Shown piece after piece: positions 9,918-20,294 of a stretch of DNA of 64,000 bases. The stretch covers positions 3,136,001 through 3,200,000 of the forward strand of contig OZ244042.1 of NCBI GenBank assembly GCA_965215015.1, read 5' to 3'. Below the pieces are notes generated by a model. The model was not told where the DNA came from. It was given only the letters and a program-made list of their open reading frames with translations, and ran no database searches. Numbering within the stretch: the first letter of the stretch is position 1; every line of letters starts with the position of its first letter. The stretch comes from Candidatus Poribacteria bacterium. GTDB lineage: Bacteria > Poribacteria > WGA-4E > PCPOR2b. Position numbers and translations under genes: made by a program.

Positions 9918-11021
9918 TTACAGGCTAAATGGCACTAGCGACATTGATGGATTCCCCGTTGTAATCGATTCACAGATTAGTTCCCCCGTGATCGGTGCAA
10001 GTAGAATGCCGTTTTTGAAGTGTCCGGCGGCAACAAACACATTGTCAAAGCCGGGCAGTGCTCCAATATATGGCCCCCCCTTCGCGTAGGGACGCAGCCC
10101 TGCCCATGTCTGTACAAAGGATTTCTCTGCAAGAGTTGGCATTAACCCTATACCGGCTTCAATCATTTGTCGTGTGCCTTCCAATGTTGTCCGTTTGTCA
10201 TAGCCAACAAATTCAACGGTGGCTCCAATCAGAATCTTCCCATCAGACCGGGGCACAAGATAAACACCGAGCCCGTCAATGACGTGCCGCAGGATTGGGG
10301 GCATGGCTTCGGCTAATACCATCTGTCCACGCGCTGGTTCCATCGGCAGCGCACCGCCGAGTTGGGCAGCTACTACCCCTGACCAACACCCCGATGCGAT
10401 TACAAATGTGTCCCCGTAAATGCGCTCGCCGTTAATTCCGACTCCAATCACCCGTTCTCCTTCTCGTAAAAACGCAGTCACAGGATTACCGAACAGAAAC
10501 TCCGTTCTCAACAGTGCCGCTCCTTTTGCCAATGCTCGCACCAGTTTGGGGTTTCTGACCTGTGCATCTTGTGGGAAGCGCACTCCTCCGACAATCGATC
10601 TCGCAATTGCAGGCTCTAATTCCCAGACCTCCTCAGGTGTCAGCACCTCCGCAGAAAACCCTCGATCCAACCGTCGTGAAGCCAACCCTGTCAACCCTCG
10701 CTTTTCCTCATCGGTGAAGAACACGGAGATTGAGCCGGACCGAATAAACTCAATATCGATTTGCGTCTCCGCCTGTAACGTCCCTGCCAACTCCGGATAC
10801 AGCACCAAGCTCGCACGACAGAGCTCGGCATAAGGCTCGCGCGTTGATGCGTGAGATGCCAAGATACCCGCACCCGCCCACGACGCTTCGCGCCCAACAC
10901 TGTCTGCTTTATCAATAACTAGTGTCTTTACCTGTGCCTTGGCGAGATAATAAGCGATCGCACAACCGATTACGCCACCGCCGATAACAATCACATCTGC
11001 GTGGAGAGATTTTTTAGTCAT
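9918..11021 (-). CDS. thiO: Glycine oxidase ThiO (FAD-dependent, DAO family)
   Basis: IGGGVIG, ASWAGAGIL, YLVPRSDG, WAGLRP, GHFKNGILLAPITG. Confidence 0.85.
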   Translation of the reverse strand: MTKKSLHADVIVIGGGVIGCAIAYYLAKAQVKTLVIDKADSVGREASWAGAGILASHASTREPYAELCRASLVLYPELAGTLQAETQIDIEFIRSGSISVFFTDEEKRGLTGLASRRLDRGFSAEVLTPEEVWELEPAIARSIVGGVRFPQDAQVRNPKLVRALAKGAALLRTEFLFGNPVTAFLREGERVIGVGINGERIYGDTFVIASGCWSGVVAAQLGGALPMEPARGQMVLAEAMPPILRHVIDGLGVYLVPRSDGKILIGATVEFVGYDKRTTLEGTRQMIEAGIGLMPTLAEKSFVQTWAGLRPYAKGGPYIGALPGFDNVFVAAGHFKNGILLAPITGELICESITTGNPSMSLVPFSL

Positions 11022-11091
11022 GACCTCATTCAATTACATAAGAATTTCTAAGAAAAAATATAAAATTATAGTGACTATGTCTTCACCTTCG

Positions 11092-11120
11092 ATTATAATA
11101 GGCTGACGATTGAATGTCAA
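11092..11120 (-). promoter_or_regulatory. Consensus sigma70 promoter for thiO
   Basis: TTGACA-17 nt-TATAAT on the minus strand, about 70 nt upstream of the start. Confidence 0.8.
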
Positions 11121-11205
11121 GAACTAAAAAAACACGGCATACCACCAACCTTGCGAAGGTCGGAGAACTCCATCTCTGTAACGGGTACAAGAAGGCATAT
11201 CAGCC

Positions 11206-12663
11206 ATGAGAAAACATAGAACAATCTATTTCAATGATGCACGTCATTACTATCTATTCGTTTTTGAGCCGCCAATACGGTTGGAAGAGGCATGGTCCGC
11301 CGTGGACGAGGTCGCTGGCACAAGCTGCGACACCTTTATCTACGGGGTGTCACGCGCTGATGGGCTATTCTACCCCTCCAAAGTCGGTATGCAGTTTGGG
11401 GAGGACATCCGCCCCTTTGACAGTGCCCCTTACTGGCGCATTTGGGAAAATATGCAAAGCCTGATAAACCGAGGCATCGATCCGCTGACACTCCTCATTG
11501 ACCGGGCGCACGAGAAAGGGATGGACTTTTTCGCCAGTCTACGGATGGGAGGCTACGGCGGTATGAACCCGCAGCACGCCCTGCCAAACGGCGGCCGGGG
11601 ATTCGTCCATCCCGAAGTCCGTGCCCATCAATTTGCTGTGCTAGAAGAGCTCGCCACGCAATATCCTGTAGAGGGTGTGGAGTTAGATTTCGCTGCGGCT
11701 CCGGGCGGAAGTCCATTCTGGTTTACACCCGAAGATGTACCGGAGTATACTCCGATTATGACCGATTTTGTCCGGAGTGTTGCTGAGATGGTACGAAATC
11801 GACCAAGGGGCCCCGGGCAAATTGGCGCGCGGATATATCCTACCTTAGAGCTGAATCAGAAAACCGGGTTGGATGTACAGACTTGGCTCCGAGAGGGATT
11901 GGTTGATTTTGTAGTCCCGATGGTGTATGCGTTTTTTGTGCTTGACGCTAACATGCCGATTGATTGGTTGGTGCAGGAAGCGCACGAAAACGACATTTCG
12001 GTATACGCTATGCTGCAACCCTACTACAGCGAAGAGAATCGTCGATTCTATTCAGTAGAAGATGCAACACCTGCTATGATGCGGGCCGCCGCCGCTAATT
12101 TTTGGGAACGCGGGGTTGATGGACTCTATACTTGGTTTCTACCCTGGCCCTTGGGCGATGCAGAACGCCGTACTCTCACAGAGTTGGGCGATCCGGAATT
12201 GATTAAAGAAGGCGATAAACACTACTTTTTGCGCCGACGTTCTGAGGCGACAAGTGGGCACGATTATGAAGCTTTTCTGCCAGTGGAAATCCCATCGGCG
12301 GATACGGCGGCATGTTATCCGGTCCCTTTTTCCATCGCCGACGATACTCAAAATGACCGGATACAGGGGATTCGACTCCGACTTGGTGTGACCAACCTAG
12401 TGACCACAGATACATTTGAGGTAATGTTGAATGGACAATCGTTGGCAGAAGAGGGGTGCCTACGCACCATTATCAGATCGCGTGACCCGTACGCCGGGCA
12501 GTGGTTGGAATTTCATCTAGAGCGTGTACGTCCACAGAAAGGGGAAAATGTGTTGGAGGTTGCACTGAAGGAACGCCCGGCCGGGTTTGTGGGTGGAGTC
12601 ACCGTTGAGGATGTGGAAATTCTCGTTGAATACGGTCCCTATCCAGCGGGATTGCATGATTGA
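11206..12663 (+). CDS. Putative glycoside hydrolase-like (GHL10-like TIM barrel) protein with a C-terminal beta domain
   Basis: FYPSKVG, DPLTLLIDRAHEKGMDFFASLRM, HPEVRAH, YPVEGVELDF, DVQTWLREGLVD. Confidence 0.6.
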   Translation: MRKHRTIYFNDARHYYLFVFEPPIRLEEAWSAVDEVAGTSCDTFIYGVSRADGLFYPSKVGMQFGEDIRPFDSAPYWRIWENMQSLINRGIDPLTLLIDRAHEKGMDFFASLRMGGYGGMNPQHALPNGGRGFVHPEVRAHQFAVLEELATQYPVEGVELDFAAAPGGSPFWFTPEDVPEYTPIMTDFVRSVAEMVRNRPRGPGQIGARIYPTLELNQKTGLDVQTWLREGLVDFVVPMVYAFFVLDANMPIDWLVQEAHENDISVYAMLQPYYSEENRRFYSVEDATPAMMRAAAANFWERGVDGLYTWFLPWPLGDAERRTLTELGDPELIKEGDKHYFLRRRSEATSGHDYEAFLPVEIPSADTAACYPVPFSIADDTQNDRIQGIRLRLGVTNLVTTDTFEVMLNGQSLAEEGCLRTIIRSRDPYAGQWLEFHLERVRPQKGENVLEVALKERPAGFVGGVTVEDVEILVEYGPYPAGLHD

Positions 12664-12721
12664 CTCCAATGCTGCGGTGAATCTTTGAAGATTTAATGCC
12701 CTAAATTCACTAATGCAAGTC

Positions 12722-12750
12722 TTGACTTTATTTTCGCAGCATGATAAAAT
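12722..12750 (+). promoter_or_regulatory. sigma70-type promoter with extended -10
   Basis: TTGACT-17 nt-TAAAAT with TGn, upstream of the 12786 operon. Confidence 0.65.
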
Positions 12751-12785
12751 GACTTTGCAATCTTAGAAATCAGGAGGGATACAAT

Positions 12786-13466
12786 TTGCAACAACAGACA
12801 CGAGGTACAATTGGACAACAGATTGAACTCCCATTCATGGAATCCGTGAGAATCAGTTTTCAGAGCTTGATGATTCGTTTCGGCCGATCTGTCATTACAA
12901 CTGCAGGTATTACCTTGGGAATCGCATTTCTGGTGTCGGTTTTGGTAAACAACGAGGTGAATGTAGCAATGAAAGAAAGCGGCTCGAGACAGGAGATCAC
13001 CACCTTTGAAGAAGAGGAAACAACAGGGATTTCCATGAAGGATAAATGGTTGATTATCATGTCTTTAATTGTCTGCGTTGTAGGCATCGCTAATTCCATG
13101 CTAATGGCGGTTACGGAGCGTTTTCAAGAAATCGGCACGATGAAATGTCTCGGTGCCTTGGATCGTTTCGTCGTGCGCCTATTCCTTTTAGAGTCTGGAT
13201 TTCAAGGGCTCGCGGGTGCCCTCATCGGAGCACTCATCGGTTGCCTTGGATCATTGCTCTTGGGACTCAAGGATTACGGTTTAGATCTATTCTTTTATTT
13301 TCCCCTGCTGCCGGTGCTGAACGCGCAGCCTACTAGATTCGGGGTGTTATTGATTATTCTTGCTGGTTGTGTGCTCGGCATGATTCTGTCCGTTATTGGC
13401 GCGGCGTTTCCAGCGTGGCGCGCTGCAAAGCTACCCCCAGCGGAAGCGATGCGGACTGAAGTTTAG
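12786..13466 (+). CDS. Short FtsX-like ABC permease
   Basis: GIANSMLMAVTERFQEIGTMKCLGA, FPAWRAAKLPPAEAMR. GGAGG RBS and TTG start. Confidence 0.85.
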   Translation: MQQQTRGTIGQQIELPFMESVRISFQSLMIRFGRSVITTAGITLGIAFLVSVLVNNEVNVAMKESGSRQEITTFEEEETTGISMKDKWLIIMSLIVCVVGIANSMLMAVTERFQEIGTMKCLGALDRFVVRLFLLESGFQGLAGALIGALIGCLGSLLLGLKDYGLDLFFYFPLLPVLNAQPTRFGVLLIILAGCVLGMILSVIGAAFPAWRAAKLPPAEAMRTEV

Positions 13467-13477
13467 GAGGAGCGCGA

Positions 13478-14206
13478 ATGGCAGACGTTGTTGTTAGAAC
13501 TGAAAAGGTTGTTAAGGAATACCGTATGGGCACCAACGTGCTCAGAGCACTTGACGGGATTGATTTGGAAATCTACACCGGAGAGTATATCTCATTGATG
13601 GGGCCGTCCGGTTCAGGGAAATCAACCCTCTTTAATATGATTGGTGCCCTAGATCTTCCGACCGCAGGTAAAGTTTTCATTGATGGTCAGGATATGGGGC
13701 AGCTCAGCCAATCCCAAATCGCATGGTTCCGTTGTCACAGGGTCGGTTATATCTTCCAAAGCTACAATCTGCTACACGTCATGACAGCACTCGAAAACGT
13801 AACCCTGCCGATGATTTTCGCGGGTTTATCAACAAGCGAGCGTCGCGATAAAGGCGAAGAACTACTGGATCGAGTTGGATTAGGGGAGCGAATTCACCAT
13901 AGACCTGATGAGTTATCTGGTGGACAGCGACAGCGTGTCGCAATTGCGCGCGCGTTCGCAAATGGTCCAAGCATTATTTTGGCGGATGAACCGACGGCGA
14001 ACCTCGACACGGTCATCGGGCGTGAAATTATTGATTTAATTAAGCAACTTAATATCGATCAGGGCGTAACCGTAATTTCAGCAACCCACGACTTAAAGAT
14101 GCTCGATGTTTCAGACCGGATTGTTGATATCCGCGACGGATTGGTTGAACGGATTCGAGATCGGGATGAAATTGAGATTCAGGTTGGTGAAGTCGGAGGG
14201 CACTAG
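13478..14206 (+). CDS. ABC transporter ATP-binding protein (LolD/MacB-like)
   Basis: Walker [31 protein letters not shown]. Confidence 0.95.
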   Translation: MADVVVRTEKVVKEYRMGTNVLRALDGIDLEIYTGEYISLMGPSGSGKSTLFNMIGALDLPTAGKVFIDGQDMGQLSQSQIAWFRCHRVGYIFQSYNLLHVMTALENVTLPMIFAGLSTSERRDKGEELLDRVGLGERIHHRPDELSGGQRQRVAIARAFANGPSIILADEPTANLDTVIGREIIDLIKQLNIDQGVTVISATHDLKMLDVSDRIVDIRDGLVERIRDRDEIEIQVGEVGGH

Positions 14207-14211
14207 GCGCA

Positions 14212-15195
14212 ATGCGTTTTCAAGAACTTGATATTTCGCAATTGCCCCGTGATTCTAAAGCGTCCGCATGGCTACAAGTTAGCCCACGGGCAGATGGGGG
14301 CGACTGGCGTTTGCCATTTCTTTACGTGATAGGCGCAACCCCGGGGCCTACCTTGCTTGTCCTCGGAGCGGTGCACGGCGACGAATACGAAGGCGTTGAG
14401 ACCATCTCCGAAGTTTTCCGGCGCGTAGTGCCTGATGCGCTACGTGGTGCATTACTGATGGTGCCGATTTGCAATGTACCTGCTTATGAATCTGTCCTCC
14501 GTAATAGCCCTATTGATGGATTGAATCTGGCCCGTGTTTTCCCCGGCGATCCTAACGGTACTATCACGCAGCGAATTGCTCACTGGATTACTCAGAAACT
14601 GATTAAACCCGCCGACTTCGTTATTGACCTGCACAGTGGAGGCGTAACGGCTGAAATCCCATCACTCATTGGCTTCACCCATAGTGACGATGAACTTGGC
14701 AGACGCTCACGCGCTGGTGCGCTAGCATTTGGAGCATCGGTAATCTGGGAACATCCACCCCCAATGCCCCCGGGTCGGACCTTGTCAGCCGCTACAGATC
14801 TCGGTGTGCCGGCAATCTATACCGAAGCTGGCGGCGGCGGCTATGCTCACCCGTCGGATGTTGATTGCTTTACCACCGGTGTCATTAACTTAATGAAGCA
14901 TCTCAACATGTTGGACGGTCAACCCCAGACTCAACCCATAACACATCATCTGTCAGGAGATGGAAATTTGGACAGCGTCATTTCGACGCCCGTCGCCGGC
15001 TATTTCCGATCCGACGTAACCCTGTTGGACGAAGTTAGTCCCGGTCAGCGTTTGGGCACTGTTCGCAATCCCTTCGGTGAAGTCGTGGCGGAAATCACGA
15101 CCGAGAGTGCTGGGGTTGTCATTATGTTGCGACGCATTCATCGCGTCCATGTCGGCGATAATTTAGCTCATGTGACGGGACGTTTAGGCAACTAA
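14212..15195 (+). CDS. Succinylglutamate desuccinylase/aspartoacylase (M14) family protein
   Basis: HGDEYEG, NLARVFPG, IDLHSGG and a C-terminal biotinyl-like domain. Confidence 0.88.
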   Translation: MRFQELDISQLPRDSKASAWLQVSPRADGGDWRLPFLYVIGATPGPTLLVLGAVHGDEYEGVETISEVFRRVVPDALRGALLMVPICNVPAYESVLRNSPIDGLNLARVFPGDPNGTITQRIAHWITQKLIKPADFVIDLHSGGVTAEIPSLIGFTHSDDELGRRSRAGALAFGASVIWEHPPPMPPGRTLSAATDLGVPAIYTEAGGGGYAHPSDVDCFTTGVINLMKHLNMLDGQPQTQPITHHLSGDGNLDSVISTPVAGYFRSDVTLLDEVSPGQRLGTVRNPFGEVVAEITTESAGVVIMLRRIHRVHVGDNLAHVTGRLGN

Positions 15196-15417
15196 CTGTT
15201 CCTAAAGATTAATCATTGATAAAGCGGCTTTTGTCGAGAAATCTTCCTACCTTAAATTTCTGCTACTGTTTTCCCGATAGCTTGGAATTTCGGTACGCTC
15301 AACTTATCAAACCTCGACGAAATAACTGCTGCACAACAACATCGAAACAGAACTTTACTCAAGGCTCGGGATTCTCCGATATATTCACTCACAAATCTCT
15401 AAACACTGGGAATAAAA

Positions 15418-17943
15418 ATGCAAAATACGCTCAATGCGAACACCTTACTATCACCAGTTGAGGCACTAACCGTGACATACGATCGGGAACGATTTGAGGA
15501 CATCGGGCACATGACCTGTATGACACTGGTGCTGCTTGGTAATTATGCCCAGACGGGGCATTTTGGCGGACCGTTGGCTTACACGCCTTACAATGTCGCA
15601 CTCCATTTAGCGGGGCCAGAGCTCGGAGGCTTATGCTACGACTATCGCAACCCCAAGCATCCGTTCTGCGATAAGTTCATGCTCGCCGGCGGGCATAATA
15701 TTCCTACCGCATATGCGTTGTGGATGATTATGGGCGAGGCAATGGCACGTCAGCACTCAGCTACGGGAGATCGGCGTTACAAAGTTGCCCCAGAAGTTGC
15801 CATGTTACCGATCGATGCCCTCGGTTTTCGGCGCGGCGCAGGAGCGTTAAAGACTTTACTGAAAGAGAACGATTTGGAAGATCACCCGCTTTTTGCACAA
15901 GCACAATTACGTGGAATCCGGTCGCTGGCGGGGCATTCCGAAACGACCGATTTGACCAACGATGTCAATGGGGGACCCTCAGGTATTGGTATCGCAACAG
16001 CTGCTGGTAAGGCAGCGTTCTGGAACTTTCTAGGTGCACCTGAATCACTGAAAGTGCTCGCACTTGAGGGCGAATTTGCCATGACCGAGGGACACGCCCA
16101 AGAACTAAAAACACAGGCACTAGCAATGCAGGTGGGGAAGCGTCTGCGTATTTTGCTCTCTTATAATAATGCGGGTATTGACGATACTTTGGTGGGCGGG
16201 GTTATTGATTCTAAATATAAGCAGTACGAGCTTGAGGAGCAGTGGACTTCTTACGGATGGAATGTGTTTGCTCTTGAAAACGGTAATGATTATGATCAGA
16301 TTCTTGCAGTTCTCAAAACTATGGAAGATTGGGACTCCGACGACCGACGCCCCATGATCGTTATCGGTAGGACGGTCAAGGGCTATTGGCCCAGTGCGAT
16401 AGATGGGAAGATTGAGGGGTACGGGGATCAGTTGGTCAGTTACCCAAGCCATCCGTACGGATTCAAAATGAACGAAGAATATTTCGTTGCTTTGGCAGAA
16501 ACCTTTGAGAAGCGTTACGAGGTAGAATTTGAGGGCATTCGCCAGGGACCGGTAACCGATGAGCGCGAGCGCCTAATACAGTTTAAGACCAATATTGATG
16601 TAGTGATGTCGCTGCTCGATCAAAATGGGTTGGGGGATTGGCTTGCCAATCGACTCGTTAATATTGGTGATGCAGTTCAGGATGATTTGTCGCTGCGAGT
16701 TGATACCAGGCACAACCCATTTCTGGACGATCAGCTTCGGGTGGAAAATCTCCCGGTTGAGTCGCAGACCCTTGTTGCGAAGCATCCGGTGTCAGGTGAA
16801 GAACAGGAGGTGGATATCGCCCTGTTCAAGAAACCCGGAGAGGTAGCCGGAACCCGTCGGGCAATTTCGGAAATTATCAAGTGGATGAATTATGTGACAG
16901 ATAACCGCTTTATCACCCTCGCTGCTGACCTCTCTGAGTCAATCAATGTTGAACATGGTAGCCTTTGGGGACATTACAATCCGGTCACTAATCCAGCCGG
17001 CACGCGTTTCAAAGCCCCTATCCAAGAAGCGGGGAATGCGTCAAGTGCCATCGGGTTGGTTGGTCAAAGTGCCTCGCTTGACCCGGACAAGTTCGCCGGG
17101 GTCTGGGCATTGAGTGGCACTTACGGTGCTTTTACACCGTTGATGTACCTGCCTGCCCGCGTATGGAGCCAGCAGAATCAGGACAGTCCTTTCCGAATGG
17201 GCGTTCTTAACATCCTCGCTGGGCATTCAGGACCAGAGACCGCCGCTGATGCACGGACGCACTTTGGTATTTTTGCACCACAGGTGTGGAAGCTCTTTCC
17301 CAGGGGACAGGCGATACACGTCAGTTTCTGGGATTACAACGATGTCGCCCCGGGCTATTTCGCCGCTGCCGAGGTTGCCGCACGCGATCCTCGGGTCGGG
17401 GTTATTATCATTGAGGTCGCTCGCCCGGATTTTCCAGTGGCGGACCGCAGCACCTTCGCTGACAGCGATCTCAAGGCGGCAGCCAAAGGGTTATACGTCA
17501 TTCGCGATTTTGACCCGGGCAGTCCCAAACACGGCTATGTAGTCGTCCAAGGCTCTAACTCTACAGTCAATTTGTTCCAGATTATGCCCCGCCTAGAGGC
17601 GGAGGGTATAAACGTGAAAATCATTGCTGCTGTAAGCGAAGAGTTGTTCGATCAACAACCCGATGCCTATCGCCAGTCTGTATTGCCCCTAGAAGCACGT
17701 TACGATCTGATGGTGGTCAGTACAGGAACGCAACGCGTTTGGCCCATCAGAAATGTAGGACCGTTGACGGACGCCTATTCGCTTACAGCAGACAGGGATA
17801 ACCAATGGCTTACCGGCGGAACAGAAACAGATGTCATCGCGGAAGCGCATCTTGATGCCGAGTCAATCTTTGTTGGGATCAAACGCTTCGCCAGTGAGCG
17901 CGAGCAGCGTCTGTCAGTTCAGCGTAAATGGCTAACGACATGA
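15418..17943 (+). CDS. Atypical transketolase-like ThDP enzyme (841 aa)
   Basis: GHFGG, LAGGHN, GHSE, GPSGIG, GEFAMTEG...YNN, SYGWNV, TVKG, GTYGAF, HSGPETAADARTH. Confidence 0.75.
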   Translation: MQNTLNANTLLSPVEALTVTYDRERFEDIGHMTCMTLVLLGNYAQTGHFGGPLAYTPYNVALHLAGPELGGLCYDYRNPKHPFCDKFMLAGGHNIPTAYALWMIMGEAMARQHSATGDRRYKVAPEVAMLPIDALGFRRGAGALKTLLKENDLEDHPLFAQAQLRGIRSLAGHSETTDLTNDVNGGPSGIGIATAAGKAAFWNFLGAPESLKVLALEGEFAMTEGHAQELKTQALAMQVGKRLRILLSYNNAGIDDTLVGGVIDSKYKQYELEEQWTSYGWNVFALENGNDYDQILAVLKTMEDWDSDDRRPMIVIGRTVKGYWPSAIDGKIEGYGDQLVSYPSHPYGFKMNEEYFVALAETFEKRYEVEFEGIRQGPVTDERERLIQFKTNIDVVMSLLDQNGLGDWLANRLVNIGDAVQDDLSLRVDTRHNPFLDDQLRVENLPVESQTLVAKHPVSGEEQEVDIALFKKPGEVAGTRRAISEIIKWMNYVTDNRFITLAADLSESINVEHGSLWGHYNPVTNPAGTRFKAPIQEAGNASSAIGLVGQSASLDPDKFAGVWALSGTYGAFTPLMYLPARVWSQQNQDSPFRMGVLNILAGHSGPETAADARTHFGIFAPQVWKLFPRGQAIHVSFWDYNDVAPGYFAAAEVAARDPRVGVIIIEVARPDFPVADRSTFADSDLKAAAKGLYVIRDFDPGSPKHGYVVVQGSNSTVNLFQIMPRLEAEGINVKIIAAVSEELFDQQPDAYRQSVLPLEARYDLMVVSTGTQRVWPIRNVGPLTDAYSLTADRDNQWLTGGTETDVIAEAHLDAESIFVGIKRFASEREQRLSVQRKWLTT

Positions 17944-18145
17944 GGTTAACGATAGGGGAATTGCATCTGCTGCAAAGATTAGACAACTGAGCAGTCAACC
18001 CCTGGGGTAAACCGCTGTCGTGCTGCAGAGACAAACCTTAATGAAATTGGGATTGCCCGACCCGCGGGTGATCACAGGTTAGGAAACCTGTGGCTACGAG
18101 TAGATTGCCATTAGGGTATACCAAAGTCCTACCCACTACTTGCAT

Positions 18146-18388
18146 CAGGGGTACTCATAAAGTAGCAGGCATGATTCGCGTGTCGCAAACCCCACAATCG
18201 TTACGGCATATGGCTTAGCTAACACCCAACTGCCATTAAAATCCCAACCATAGCTTAAAAAACAAAGCACCTCCAATCCGTTGGTGGGGGATTTTTCCCC
18301 ATCTACGGCCTGAGCCCCCTATCTGTATCCATGTTTTCTATGCCATCTGCTGAATCCGCTATTCAGACAATTATTATGAGCATCCTTC
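18146..18388. mobile_element. MITE-like element, copy 1 (243 bp, degenerate TIRs)
   Basis: Ends CAGGGGTACTCATAA and TTATGAGCATCCTTC. Collinear along its whole length with 60458-60705. Confidence 0.8.
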
Positions 18389-18419
18389 ATTTACATGCGA
18401 TTGCCCTGGGGTTAGCGGA

Positions 18420-19169
18420 CTAAATGCCTAACAAATGACAAGCGTTACCGCCTAAGATTAACCGCTTGGCTTCGTCGGAAATATCAGAGGTGATAATTTT
18501 GCCGATCTGGGGACGTGGATCCATCAAGGGTGTATCGGAGCCAAATAGCACCCGATCTGCGCCCGCCTCATTCACCAATTGCTCAATCACGCCGGGTGTC
18601 CGATAGGTCGAGCAAGTTTCGAGATAGACGTTGGGATATGTCTGCGCGGCGGCGATAGCTTCAGTGCGTGGTTCAACGACGTTACCGGCATGCCCCGCGA
18701 CAAACTTGGCGTTCGGATATTGCGGTGCGATCTCGGACAGATACCGAGGGCGGCTTAATTCGCCACCATCGGTATGAAAAAGGACTGCCAATCCTCGCTC
18801 ATTTGCAAACTCGTAGATAGGGTGCCACTGCGGTTGGTTAAAGGGCCAAAGGGTATAGGGCGGATACAGCTTAATGGCGGGAAATTTCAACTCATCAACC
18901 GCGCGAGTCAACTCCGGCACCATGCGCTCCGGCATCATCGGTGAAACGTAGGCAAATCCGATAAATCGATCTGGATGCTGGGCGATAAAATGGGCGGCTT
19001 GGTCATTGCTCGTTGTGCCATCAGGGTGGAAAATGCCAAACACGCAGGATTTGTCAATACCCACTGAATCCATCGCGTGGAGCATTAATTTCGGATCATC
19101 CTTCATGCCGAGCGGATCCCAGCGCCCCACATGCCCGTGAAAATCAATGACTTGTGTTCCATCAATCAT
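18420..19169 (-). CDS. Amidohydrolase_2 family metal-dependent hydrolase
   Basis: IDFHGHVG, IKLYP, VLFHT, AGHAG, RVLFGSDTP. Confidence 0.88.
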   Translation of the reverse strand: MIDGTQVIDFHGHVGRWDPLGMKDDPKLMLHAMDSVGIDKSCVFGIFHPDGTTSNDQAAHFIAQHPDRFIGFAYVSPMMPERMVPELTRAVDELKFPAIKLYPPYTLWPFNQPQWHPIYEFANERGLAVLFHTDGGELSRPRYLSEIAPQYPNAKFVAGHAGNVVEPRTEAIAAAQTYPNVYLETCSTYRTPGVIEQLVNEAGADRVLFGSDTPLMDPRPQIGKIITSDISDEAKRLILGGNACHLLGI

Positions 19170-19924
19170 TTCGTGCCTCCTTGTAGGATACGCTCAAGAT
19201 TTCCAGCGCAAATCGACGTGAGCTCAGCATCAGTTAGGTTGGTGTGGTGCAGATAGAATAACATCGGTCCCATCGCATAGCGTGAATACCACGAACCGTA
19301 GACCAATCGCTCGGCACCAAACTCGTCGCGCAGAGACTCTATCTCGCAGATCGGTTCATAGCGACTCAACTCCAAGTGGGCATTCGGTAAAGCGGCTAAC
19401 ATTGGACGCAACCACAGGGCATGGACATAATGCGCTCCTACCAAGACCGATACCAGGTCCGGATACGCCTGAAGTGTTGTGACTAGCGCATCCGCATCGG
19501 CGTCCGGCAGGAGGGCCCAGATAGGGATGCGCTCCTCACTGAGCCAAGATAGCAGCGTATCGTAAGCCCAAGGACGGAAGGGCAGATCCCGTTGCCCGGT
19601 ATCGAACAATCGCACACAGTTGACCCTCCCTGCAGCATGAAGCGATTGAATCTGCACAAGCGAATCCGCTGTAGGAATAGCCATCCACTGCGGATGGGTG
19701 CGCCCATCATCGCCAAGCCACGCTTCAAGGTAGTTATTGCCTGCAATTGGGCTAACATTGTCAGCGTGTGCGTGGTAGATAAGAGCGCGTTCTACCCCAT
19801 GTCGATCCATTTCTGCCAACAACCCCGCCCGGTCGCGGTAAGGGGCAAGCTCGTCTAGTAGATCGCCAACCCTCACGTTGGCATCAAAAACAGGTACTCT
19901 CGATGTGAAATTGAGTGATGTCAT
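19166..19924 (-). CDS. Amidohydrolase-fold protein lacking canonical metal ligands
   Basis: FDANVRVG in place of DxHxH, and LVYGSWYS in place of FGSD. ATGA overlaps with both neighbours. Confidence 0.7.
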   Translation of the reverse strand: MTSLNFTSRVPVFDANVRVGDLLDELAPYRDRAGLLAEMDRHGVERALIYHAHADNVSPIAGNNYLEAWLGDDGRTHPQWMAIPTADSLVQIQSLHAAGRVNCVRLFDTGQRDLPFRPWAYDTLLSWLSEERIPIWALLPDADADALVTTLQAYPDLVSVLVGAHYVHALWLRPMLAALPNAHLELSRYEPICEIESLRDEFGAERLVYGSWYSRYAMGPMLFYLHHTNLTDAELTSICAGNLERILQGGTK

Positions 19925-20277
19925 AACTTCCTTTGAACCCAATCAGGGTACTTTTCATGGAGTATCCGCTTACACGCCTGATACTCCGCTTCCGTAAAGC
20001 TTTGATACGGTGAGAGCAGGCGTAGCGGCATATCTTCTAGCCCACCTAGCCGCACAATGATTTTGTCGTAGGCACCGTCTATCCGTTCCTTATCCCACAC
20101 CGGACAGCGAGGAGTATCAACCGCATGTCCCTCGCCGGCAGTGCCAAAGATATAGGTGGTTGCCCCCTCCCTGAGAGTATGCTGCCCCTCCTCTCGAAAC
20201 AGGTCGTCCATCAGATTCTCGTTTTCGTCCCACGGTATCTCACAGGACACCAGAACCGCTTGAGGATAGCGCGCCAT
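19921..20277 (-). pseudogene. DHDPS/NAL-family gene with a large in-frame internal deletion
   Basis: N-terminal IPWDENENL...YIFGTAGEG is joined directly to C-terminal IDGAYDK...LRLLSPYQSF. Only 118 aa versus about 300 for the family; the Schiff-base Lys region is missing. Confidence 0.65.
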
Positions 20278-20294
20278 TTCTCGACCTCCCTCCA

